A stretch of 64,000 bases of DNA, from contig OZ199838.1 of the NCBI GenBank assembly GCA_964304625.1, positions 1,086,809 to 1,150,808 on the forward strand. The letters run 5' to 3'. Positions within the stretch are counted from its first letter, which is position 1, and each line of letters opens with the position of its first letter. This DNA is from Kudoa neothunni (Eukaryota > Animalia > Cnidaria). This document shows positions 34,968 to 47,400 of this stretch, one piece after another. Under the pieces are notes generated by a model, which worked only from the letters and a program-made list of their open reading frames with translations, did no database searches and was not told where the DNA came from. The position numbers were made by a program, and so were the translations under genes.

Positions 34968-37867
34968 ATGAAATTATTAGCATACTTTTTTGGAATATGT
35001 TTAGTTATTTCATGTAAATTAACAATTATGTTGTATTTTCTAATAAAATATAGCTAAATCCGTGTCATTAACTGTGGGGAATGATCAGGTTCCAGCTGCG
35101 GCTCCAGCGGAAGCTCCTACAAAGACACTCAGCTATAAAATTCTAAAAGAAGATACTGGAACAACGGTTCAGTTAAAACTGACTGGTAGTGATTTTGATG
35201 GATCCAAAAAATGTTATATCAAGAAGTCTGCTGAAAACCTTGGAAGTTATGCAGACATAGATACTTGTTCTAGAACTGGCAATGAATGCGACAGTAGTAA
35301 ATGTTGTATAACATGTAATGAAGGGGGAAATAAATTGGCATTCGATAAATTTTCACCAAGAACAAAGTATGTAGTTGTATTTGATGGGGATAGTGCGTCA
35401 ACTCTCGTCTCGAAAACTAATGATGGAACAGTTTTTGGGCTTGAATTGGGTAAGCTAATGATATTTTTTTGTTTTATTAACTTGATATTAGCATTACTGG
35501 TCAATCCAAAAGTTACAATAACTGTTACAACTGAAAAGAAACTTAAATTAAGCACTATTACATGCAAACCAGTTACATGCCCTATATATTTCAAAAATGT
35601 ATTATACGCAACCGGAAATGCAGGGGGTAGCTGTATTGCTGCACATGCTGATAATAATGAAGTGGAATTCGATTTGATGATACCTCATTATGAAATGAGA
35701 TGTGAAGGATATCCAAGTTTTTATTATAAATTGCAAAACGTATATACTTTGATGAGTATGGATGTTTATAAACCACAATATTATGTCAAATATAATGATG
35801 CTAGTAAAAGTAAATATTTGATAAAGTTCACCAACAAATTTCCCTTCGAAATATGTCGATTCAGCATTAAAGATAAAGATACTCAAATTATTGCAGGTAA
35901 GAGCGATGAATATACTTCCAATTGTGGTGGAACAAATAAAGATTGTTACGCTCCTTGTAATGACGTCGAACTAGCTTTTACTGCTTCAAAAACCGTAGTT
36001 GATGTATTGATCCAATCCAGACATTTTCCTTTAAATAAATATAACAATAAGTATTATGGATACGAACAGAAAAAGTTTGGTAATTTTAATATTTTTAATC
36101 TTAAATAATCTCCCTTAGTTGTTATTGAACCCTCCGCTGCTGAGAGTGCATTATTCTCAAACATCAAAAATAATGGTGTCACTTTGAATGTTCTTCTACT
36201 TAATCCATCCGACGGCCCCAAATTTTCAACTTGTACAGTGAAATATTATGAAGCAGATAAACCACCAAAAGAAGGAACACAGGCTAAATGTGGAAGTTCG
36301 CCCACCAACTGTCCTACTGACTGCAACGCTGCTAAAGCAATAACTGAACTTTCAAGTGGTAAACCATATATACTCACAATTACACCAGCAACATCGAGTG
36401 GCCTTCCAACCGACTTTAAAGAGCATATATTCTTTCGAACTGGTAAGAGATATAAAGAATAAATAGATTTTATCTAAAGTTATATAGAAAAAAATGACAC
36501 AAAGACATTTCCAGAAGTAACACCAACGTTAGGTGAGAGAACTGCTTCAATTAAGGCTATAGATGAAGGCGGAGTTTTATCAAATGAGGACATTACATGT
36601 GCTTATTATGTTAGTCCCAGAGGAAAGGATGTGTACGTCTGTGCAATGTGCGTCGATAGCTATCCTTGTCGAGGTTATTGCAAAGAGACTCAAACAATTG
36701 TTGGATTAAAATCAGGAACAGAATATGATCTTAAAGTTGTTGCTCATAAAGAATATGGTACCAAAATACATCAGATCACAACAGGTATAAAATTAGCTAC
36801 AAAAATAAATAATGAATTTTTAGTGAAATCAAGACTCACACTTGAGAAACAATTTGTTGAGAAAGGTTTCAAAATAATAGGAACATTATCTACTCCAGAC
36901 GATACAGCTGAATGCCATTACAATGTGGAAATTAAAAATGGAGACAAATATAAATTGGTTTATCAATGCCCACGAGCACCCATTTCTACAGAACCAGCTA
37001 AAAAATCCGCAAGTAAGTCGAAATATGATAAAATCACTGTAGCTAGATCGTCTGCTGATCTATCTACCTCGACAACAAAAAAAACTATTTCACTATCATT
37101 AGCTACATGCACCGAGATTCCTTTATGCTCCGAAATATTATTCACGAATAATTATGATCGATTAAAAAAATATCGTGTAGTGGTAACATCAGTTAATGGA
37201 AAAGTACAAACAAATATTGTAATTCCTGAAAGTATAATTTTTTTTAACTTGATAATTTTATTATGAAAATAAATAATGTAAATGATTAAAATTAGATCCA
37301 CTACCAACAAACCAGGATATAAACAAACAAATTATAGTGAGTATTAAGCGTGATGGAAACAAATTGAAGATCACAACAGTACTACCACAGGAAGTAGCTG
37401 AAAGCACTTGTGGTTGGGAATTAAGAGATTCAACTAAACCTGATAAAGTTTTAATTAAATCATGCAATGGGGAAAACGATGGAGGTTGTGAAAGTTTTCC
37501 AAAATGTAACGAATTTGAAATCACTGATGTTGAAGACACAAACGATTATCATCTGACGGTTTACGTAAATAATGACAAATCAATCAAAGGAAATAGTGAA
37601 ATTAAGCAAGGTAAATGTGAGTCGTCTTTCGATTAATAATTTTATTTTAGGAGAAACGTTTGATACAATGAAATCAACGTAATTTGACATGTATATATAA
37701 TTAATTAATTTATAATTATATTATAGGTCCAAAAACACCATGTAAAACTATATATTGTTGCTATATAATAAATTAATTAATAATATAGAATAATCGTAGT
37801 AGCTGCAGTTGCAGGTGTAGTTGTCCTTGTAGCGGTTATATTCGTTGTCATAAAGAAGAAGAATTAG
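34968..37867 (+). CDS. Cys-rich FN3-like repeat type-I membrane protein, paralogue 4 (apparently intact)
   Basis: ATG at 34968 (MKLLAYFFGICLVIS), first intron 35014-35053, the same exon layout and micro-exons as the other copies, and a TM exon ending KKKN-TAG. Confidence 0.88.
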
Positions 37868-40800
37868 CCAACTAATATTTATTTTATCATTTTTATTTAT
37901 TATTTATTAACCTTTCTGTTTGATTATTCAAATTTTTCTTCGTCTTTTTTTATAATTATTCATAAAATAATAAAATTTGTTGGTTTGAGTTGGTAACTGA
38001 TAGCATACAATTTCATTAATACGCAGTATTCATAGATAATATTGGATGCGATGTTTTAGGGTATTTTCGTAACAATTACGTTTTAAATATTTTCTCCAAT
38101 TTTTTGGTTTAAACGAGTGAATTATTTGTGTAGTACCTCATGTGCCTAACTAAAAATAGACTTTTTCAGTTGATTCATGTGGATTTAATTCTTGTTTGAT
38201 TGAAATGATGGTACAATTTAATGTTTTGTGTTTGAATCATGAAGATAAGTAAAAAATAATGTAATATTATGTCAGGTTGTATAAAAATATCCAAAAATTA
38301 TCGTTATAAACGTTTTGGAATTTACTCTATCCAAATTGACTAAAAAGCTTCAAAAATAATTAGGTTATTGATCAATTTCGCACAAAACCAGTAAAACACC
38401 GTGAAACTAAATATATTATTACTTGATTAGGCCTTATATTCCATTCAAGCAGAAAATGTAGACAAGGCTGAGTTGATAAAATAATTATAAAGAACGAGTT
38501 AGTTACTGCAGTAATAGCTTAATTGTACCCCAGAATTATCCCCCTGTCGCAAAATGAATAAGATACCGAATGCATGTTTTCACTCATAGTATGTTGATGT
38601 TAGTACAAATATAACTAATAAATGCTTCACCTATCTTACAGAGTTCTTTTACGTTAATTTTAATATTATACGTATAATTGGGATGAGAATGTCAAATTTG
38701 ATCCGAAATGGTCTAAAAAATTCATTAAAGGAAACAAAAATTCAGGAAGCTGAGCAAGATGCAGTGTGAGCTTTACTAGACAAGAATAAACCTGATCCTA
38801 CGATAAATGATCAATATGCATTTAGAATATTTAAATCGAGTCAGGTGTATAAAAATCACTTGTGAATTCGTCTATGGCAGTAGAATGATGTTTAAAATAT
38901 TAAAAAACATCAACTTTGTGAAATTATATATATTAATAAACTAAATTATATTACAATATAATGTTGTGTCAATCGCAGAGTGATATAATAAATACATTTT
39001 TTTAAAAATATTAAAGTTCAAAATATGATTATTTTAACAATGTTTAGAGAAAAAACGGAAGAATTAATTTTTTTTCAATTCTTGGAACTAAACATTCACA
39101 TCATTTGAATTTAGTGAAAGGTGGTATAATTTTATATCAATGATTATTATTTAAACTAAAATTAATAATTATATTTTAATGCGATTATCTATGATATCTA
39201 CTTTACCTTATTTGAACTTAATAAATAGTCTCAAAATACACGTAGATTATAAAAATACAAATATTAATTGGTGCGAAGGGCAGTTTATTGCGCATTATCG
39301 GTTACTCATTGTACTCTTATTGTTTTTAGTGATGTTTAAAATAAAAAGTTCAATCGGATATTTCCCAACTATATGTCTAAATCATTACTCATTATTAAGC
39401 CTCTTAAATAACTATATATCACTCACGATATTTACTATTTGATGATTTGTATGGTAATAGAAGTAATCAATAAGTGCTAAAGTTTTAATAAAATATGTTT
39501 ATTAAATTAAACCAAATATTTATGTGAGTTGAAATTAAAGCGTTATACGGATAATAACGTAAGTTACGTTCAAAAAATTATTGTTTACAAAAAAATATCA
39601 TTGATAATCTCTCAATATTTCATTAACGATACTAAAACTTTTTTTACGCCATCATAAATAAAATTTTGTTCGAAAATAATCATTTATAATAATCAAAGTT
39701 TAATTTGGATTCTTTATAACTATCGGTCTATCACGAATACTTTAGAATAGTAAAAATTTGTCACACGAAATTAAATGAAATTTTATTCGCCTCAAACAAT
39801 CTTTTGACATAAAAACGTTTTCAACTTTATATGTAGTGACAGATATCGTTTCCCTCTCACTTCAAATTATATTAAATCATATATAATATTAATTACTTGA
39901 TTATAATTATAGCTTATAATTTAAGAGATTATTAATAATTTATTGAAGTATACAAAATTATATATTTATTGCCAACCTTTGATATATTATCTTTGGGGCA
40001 TGTCTAATAAATAATTTAAAAATATGTCAACAAATTAGATTAATAAAGCGATTTTTGTTAAATCGCTAAGGGTATTTAAAAAAATGTATTCTTTACAAAC
40101 AACATTTTAAAACTTCAAAAATTAATAATTTATACGGTGGTATTATTAATTATAAAAGTCCTAACGTATCATTTTGTAAATAAAAAATTTGACTAACTAA
40201 GAATTTATAACATGGAATGTAATTTTTAAATTATAATTTGGACCATTATTTAGTAAAACACTATTTAATTTCTTCGATCTTATTTTTCTGGTGTTGTCAA
40301 CTTATTAAGTTAAATCACAGTATATAATATTTTCTATCGATAAATATCTACTTTTTATTAACACTATTACTTAATAAATTAATTAATACTGAAGAAATTA
40401 TAACCCTACGATTATATAAAGAAATTCTTCATATTAGTTAAATGATAATATTTAAAACAATTTTCAATCTTTATTGACTTTATAATTCTCGGAATTCGAA
40501 ATAATAATAAAAACAGATTATTTCAGATAAATTTTTAACGAAAAAATGGAAGCAATTACAAGTAATAATAAAATGTAATTAATTAATTAATTAATTAATA
40601 TCTATAGTTTGTAATTTTCGGAGTTTATTATGTCCGGCGAACGCCGTGATCTTATACTCTGTGAGAAAAGGTTCTAACCTCAAAAAAATAAGAACAAATT
40701 GTGACAATTTTAATTATCGCTTCGCTCTGAACAACATATAAATGCAAATAATGCTAGAATACACTTAAAACGTGGTCATTAGAATAGGTGTACATAATAA

Positions 40801-43800
40801 ATGCGACAACCTTCCAACCCTAATTATGACGTCATTTAATAATACAAATTTGGTTTATTTTAATTAAAAATAAATTTTGAATCCAACGGTAGTATTTATA
40901 TCCACCCCAAATTATTAACGATCAGACTATTATTAATTTTGTCCACATTTCAAAATCATTATTGAATTGAATATACTATCCAATGATCCTAGATTTTTCT
41001 TCATAAACAATATCATACCTTATTATATTTCGTAAAATAACTCTATACTTTAGAAAGTATTTTTGTAAACCTTCATACGGAAACCATATTTATTTTTTCG
41101 TCTAATACAGCGATAAACTAATTTTTTCCATAATTATAAAAATAATTAAATAAATGACTCCACTATTTACTTTAAAAAATTTCAAAAAACAGAAAAATTC
41201 CAGAATTTTTGAATTATTTTTTTCATATTAAAAAATGACAAATCCACACGAATAATTTACGCTATTATAAAGAAAAATAGTTTAAAACGTAGAATAGTGG
41301 CCGCATTTTCCGATAAAAGATTATAATTGGTTCGTAGATTAATCCTGAATTTTGTATAACAAATTATTGTTGATAATGACGTTATGCATTTGAAAAAATT
41401 TAACACCTAATACTTGCAGAAAATATGAATTTCTTATTCTTATAGATATAGAATTAATAATAGGCAATAGCTAAGAATGAAATATGACAAACGATAAAAA
41501 TCATAGTTGTCACACTCTTATTTATTAAGATAAATAAAGAAATCTTTACTCGGTCGATTAAATGATATGGCCTTAGGAAATAGTTGCGAGGGGCTAGCAG
41601 TTATTTATACGATAGGTTACAGCAACTATTATCGATAACAAATGCAATGCCGAAAATAACCTCCTGGTGATGAAACAATGATAAATAAAAAAAATTCAAA
41701 TAATTCAAATAATCAACAGGTTCGATTTTCATCGTGGTCTCTGATTTGGATTACGACCATTATTCCACATTTTAACCCTAGTATCAAAATATTGAAATTT
41801 ACGAATTAATTAATAGCAGCGATCCTAAAGATAAATAACGGAATTAAAAATTTTTCTAACAAGAAATTAATGTTTTATAGTGAAGTGGTTATCCAATGTT
41901 TAGATAAATTCTAAAATCATCATGGTGTGCGCGCGTCGTTTATTTTGAAATCACGTCATGGGTAAGGCTGAGTTCGAACCATATGCCCCTTTACCGGGAA
42001 CATTAAAATATAAGTAACCTTCTCAAACGATACCGTCCATAAATTTGTTATATAGGATTCAACAGTTATTTTTCACAAAAAATCGGGTGATTTCCAAAAA
42101 TCCGCTATTTATTGAATGATTCGATTTTAGATTGCATTTTTAACGTTCTCATTGATCTCCTTATATTTATACGACAGGTCCAATCGTTCTGATATCAAGT
42201 CAAAGATAAATTATATGCAAAAAAATATGGAAATAGTTGAAGAGACTCAGATTCACTCTCCTGAGCGTCGTAGATTGCTCTATCAACTGTTCAACGAATT
42301 CGTAGACTTTTGATTTTGTTCGTTTACTCTCAAATACACTCAATTACCTTACAAATATTGGATATTTTCATTGAAATTTGTTCCATCTTTCGTGCTCTTC
42401 ATTTTGAATTCAATGTGCGTGTATTGTCGTTTAAATTTGTTATAAATGGCGCAAAATTCTAAATTTATTGGATTATCGAATTTCGTATACTTCCCCCAGA
42501 AAGAATATTCTCAGTCTTTCACGATAGGATTATTTAATCGTTAAAGAACTACAAAAGTTATTAGGATAATTTTCATCGTTTCTTGAGGAAACACATTAAC
42601 CTGTCTAATGTCTGAATGAATCAAATGCTTAGAACTTTTAAATATGAACGTATATAGAGTCCATATGATCCAATAAATCAACGAGTATAATCGTGAAATT
42701 AATTGAACAAGAATACTCAAAGAGTTTATCGTATTTCTAAGATTTTTATAAATAAATTGAAAATTAACATATAGCTAGATAATTCAATTTTTCTAATTGA
42801 TTAAATAAATTCATTAGTATAAATTGTGGAACGCATATAACTCCTAATACAAAACTTTCTCAAACGATAAATAAATTTTTTCCAATACAAACACAAACTG
42901 GTTCATCAATTAAACAACTAATGTTTGCTTAAAATCCTGCATAATAAATTATTTGATAAAAAAATGCGTATTTATCAATATTAAATTATTTTTTATCGGA
43001 ATTTGACTAAATAATTGATTCTATTTCAATAAATTAATAAAATCAGATAGAAATAAACGTTCACAAAACCCCTCAAATTTAATAATGACATGCACATGCG
43101 TATAACAAAAATTGTTGTACTTCTATCATTTAATTTCTCTTAATTCCTATCTACATTTCAATACTTCATTTAATTAAAATTAATCTCAATATATTTTGTA
43201 ATAGTTGCATTAAAACACAGATATATGAATCGCACAAATCTGAGAGCTTGTTATTTTTTACAGCGACATCAAAATGTTCCCTAATCTCAATACAGATAAC
43301 TGTAAAAACCACCACAGTTATAAATTGTGTGAAAACTAAATTTAGAATGCGCGCGCATTGTCAATAATTTTCAGGTCACTTCTTTTGTCATTAAAACTCA
43401 TAAATTATTTCACTATCAATTCACATTCAATTTAATTGATATTTACAATATTAATTAAATTATTCGAAAATTTTTGTTATTATCGAATAAAAACCCGAGG
43501 TAATAGCATATTTTTATAAATATAATCACATCAGATTATTAAATTAGATTTTTTTAAATTAAATAATTATTTTGAATCTAATCAAATATCATGTGACCTA
43601 CTTTATCCCATCCCCTTTATTCAAAATTTCTCTGATTAATATAATATGTAAATTAAATTTCCTAATAATTAATAATAAAATTTATAATATATAAATATAT
43701 ATAATTATTAGTAAAAAAATTCTAAATTGAGGAAATTTTAGTTAGAATTTACGACAACCCCGAAAATTATAAATACTTAATTTAGTTGATTAATTAAAAT

Positions 43801-44420
43801 CGTTTTTATCGAAAATGATAACGCATCTATTACTCGGCTTTAAAATTAGATTAATTGTAATATTTCCACTACAATATAATCTCGAATGTTCTAACAGTCA
43901 AATATAAGGAGGAGTTAAAAAATTCGTTGTAAACGGTGAAATAACTAATAGAAATTTAAAAGATTTAATTAAACTCTTATTAATATACGTGAAACTATTT
44001 ATTATTCAAAATTGGTTTACATCTTTTCTATTCAAATACGTATATTCGGATTAAATTTATTTTTTTATCAGAATAACAATTGTCTTTAAATTAATCTGAG
44101 ATTTATTGTCAAATAAAATAATATTTTATAATTTAATTTCGTTAATTGATCAATTAAATAAATATTACATTGTATTTCTAATACTTGATCCCAATCAATA
44201 AATAATTTATTAAAATCTCAAAATTTTTATTTTTATGTAAAGGGAAAAATTAATAAGATAAACCAAAAGAAACAAATTCCATATAATTCCAATTTTATTT
44301 AATTTAAAAATAATCCACTATATTTTTAAATATATTAAAAGATTAGATTAGATTCATTCCATTTCTAATTATTATAAATTAAAATTAAAAAAATGTATGA
44401 ACACTAATAACAATCGAAGA

Positions 44421-44429
44421 CATGCGCAG
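44421..44429. promoter_or_regulatory. NRF1/Ewg-like CATGCGCA site just upstream of the huntingtin ATG
   Basis: CATGCGCAG lies about 22 bp before ATG 44451 in otherwise very AT-rich DNA, and the motif recurs near other putative starts. Confidence 0.4.
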
Positions 44430-44450
44430 TTGCATGGTAGAGATTAATTG

Positions 44451-47400
44451 ATGTCCCAAGATGTATTACACAAAATACGACATTCTCTCGTTGTACTTTC
44501 ACTTCACAAATGTGCGCGTGAAAATATTGAAGTGACTGAGATTAATATCAAATCAGAATTAGCAAACCAAGCACAGTAATATATTGTTTGTTTGGTCAAA
44601 ACATTAATTCAGGAGAGAAATAATATCACATACATTTTATGATTATTATTTATTAATGTAGTGATGGAACAATTAAGAATGACCCCATTGAAGCTATATA
44701 CAACCTAAATTATTTATTAACTGCCCCTGAAATCAGGCAATTATATATTAGTCAATATTTTTCAATTTAGAATATAATTTTAGAGAAATGGTGGTGGAAA
44801 ATGGAATTTTCATTTCAATTGTTTCCATTTTATTCGGATTTTGTGACACCAACTCGAGCGATCTAAGACACAACTCTCACGAGTGTCTTGTCCGACTATT
44901 CAAGGTGGCATTGTTTGTGGTTAGTAGTTCCTTAGTTGGAATTATTTATATCTATAGGAATATCAAAAAACCCATTGTGGACTGTTGTTAAATGTGCTCT
45001 ACCATAGAATAACTGATGTACACGATTTATGAAAAAATTAATTAAACAAATAAATATTTTTATATAGAGCGATACCAATTCAGTTAAAGTTGCGTTAATA
45101 TTATTTTTCCAGCTGATCAATAAAATTCGAATAACTGATCAAAGGTCTTTTTAGCTAACATGCTTAACAACTACAAAATTCAATTCAATTCAATATATTT
45201 TGCATTTTGTATTTTGCATTTTGTAGAAATGTTTTGGGATTGTTTCAATCGAAAATAATAAAACTAATTCAATACGACAATCCAAATATACAAGTGATAT
45301 TTTTATTTTTGAATCAACTTGATTATTGTTTAGAGTGTTATTTTAACAGAAGCTGACGATTATTTTCAGTCTGTAGCCATCTTCGATTCGGCTGGAAATA
45401 ATTTAGCAGTATTTAACAGTCATTTAATTAAAATTGTATTGTTTATAGACTATCGTTAATGCGTTTCTTAATTCATTTAACTACGAAAAAATATATTCGA
45501 TCCTCAAAATACGTGTAGCTTCAAGTGTTATTCCAAAGTTGTGTACTGTTAGTGGAAATCCAATAATTTTTATATTTTATACAATAAATGAAATCAATAG
45601 TAAGCGTATTTTTATAAAAAAAAATAATTTTTATTTTTCAGAATGTTTGGAGGTTATCCATCAAAACTACCGAACAACTAACATTTTATTGGTGAATTTC
45701 CGAGATCAGATTTGTGGCATGTTCAACTGTGTGGCTCAGTTGATTCGAAATCTCGCGTCCATCATTTACGACAAAAAACCTGTCAATGAATGTGTCGAAT
45801 TAGTTCAGTTGAGAAATTGGATTCAATTCGGGCTCTATTTTAACAAATTTCGATCTTTTTTCTTGAAGGTATTTTTTATTATCAAAGTTAACTACTCTCT
45901 AGATTATCATTATTGTTTCTCATTAGACATTTGAAACAATATGCACCGGTTTCCAATACAACAATCATAATATTACAAATGCTGTGTTACACGCTCTATC
46001 ATCGTTTTTGGAATTTCGTCAAATGAGCCGTTTGGTTCTTTGCCAAACATCTCACTCAGCGTCATCCACTTCTAGTGAATTTAATGTGGGTGATAATTCA
46101 AGGGAGTCTATAGAAAATATGGTTGAAACTCTTTGCACCTTTGATCTCGCAGAAGACGATTCGTCTGATTTAGGGGGTGATTAGTCATATTTTTCAACAT
46201 TAACTTATTACATTTGCTAGATCGTCAAAGTAGCTTCGATATTCTTAACAACAGTTTAGACGGATCACAATCCACCACCTCAACAGATGCCAATAAGATT
46301 ATGGAAAAAATAATGATGCTATTGGATTTTCTTCTGAAACAACCTTCGCCACAAAATTCCGAATTCATCCTCAATCAAACTAAAACTCAAACTTTAGTTT
46401 CTACTCCATCAAACTCTTCAGAGATATGCCCTTCGAACAATATTCATCCTTTTTTATCATCCAATTGCTTACAACATAATTTAGTTGATACTGAACAGCC
46501 ATTGATAGACACTTTGGTGAGTAGAAATTATTTTTTAAATTGAAAAATTAATTGAAACTTGTTTGCGTATAGTGTGCTTATTTGGCCCTTCAACTAGTGA
46601 ATCCGTTTGATGGATCTGTTTTAAACAACACTTTGGTGAAGGTTTCGGTGAAAATAAGCATTTTCCAGTGTTTATCAATGGCTGTTTCAATAGTTCCTAG
46701 TTTGTGTGATAAAACTCTGAAATTTTCGTTATGTGAAGATTCTATGAATTGTTTTCCAACTAGAATAGCTAATATAAACTTGAAAGATCTAATAAAGATT
46801 CTACCATTTTATGAGGATTTTAACTTGGTGGCCGCAGGCGTCACACTTTTAGTTCAAATATTGATGAGTGTTTATGCTGGCTATAATCCGAACGAGCTTC
46901 CTTATTATTCGAGTGGTAAAGTTTTAAAGATAGTTATAAATCTTAATTTTTATAATTAATGAAGAAAACGATGAAGTCGAACTATTGTTGGATCAAGTTT
47001 ATCATTTTTTCATCAACAATAAACAACCCCTTGTCCACAAACAGTTAGTTCATTCATTGAAAGTGCTCTTAGTATTTTTTTAAAATACGAATAATACTGT
47101 GTATATAGAATCAAATGGTTATTCTACTATCAAATTATAAATATATTTCTTCTGTTCTCCGACTGATAAAAACCGTTTGTTCGGTATCTCACACTACAAA
47201 ATATTGGCTGCTACAAGTGATCATTATTAATTTATATTTTTTTTGATGCACAATATAAATTAAAATACAATAACAGGTAGAAATAATCGATTTTTTGAGT
47301 TGTCTCAACTTAAGACAGCTTCAAAAATTGGAGCTACAAATCCAAAATGATGTCATAAACGTACTTAATCTGTTTTATGCAAATTTCTCATTTTAAATAA

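Noticed and set aside
38689-38865. Short frame with ankyrin-like ALLDKNKPDPTINDQYAF
   Set aside because: It has an internal stop, only one partial repeat and no supporting exons.
42000-42580. Coding-like minus-strand stretch (MKIILITFVVL*, FWGKYTKFDNPINLEFCAIY...)
   Set aside because: It has stops in all plausible joins and no recognisable homology. It may be a decayed gene but cannot be supported.
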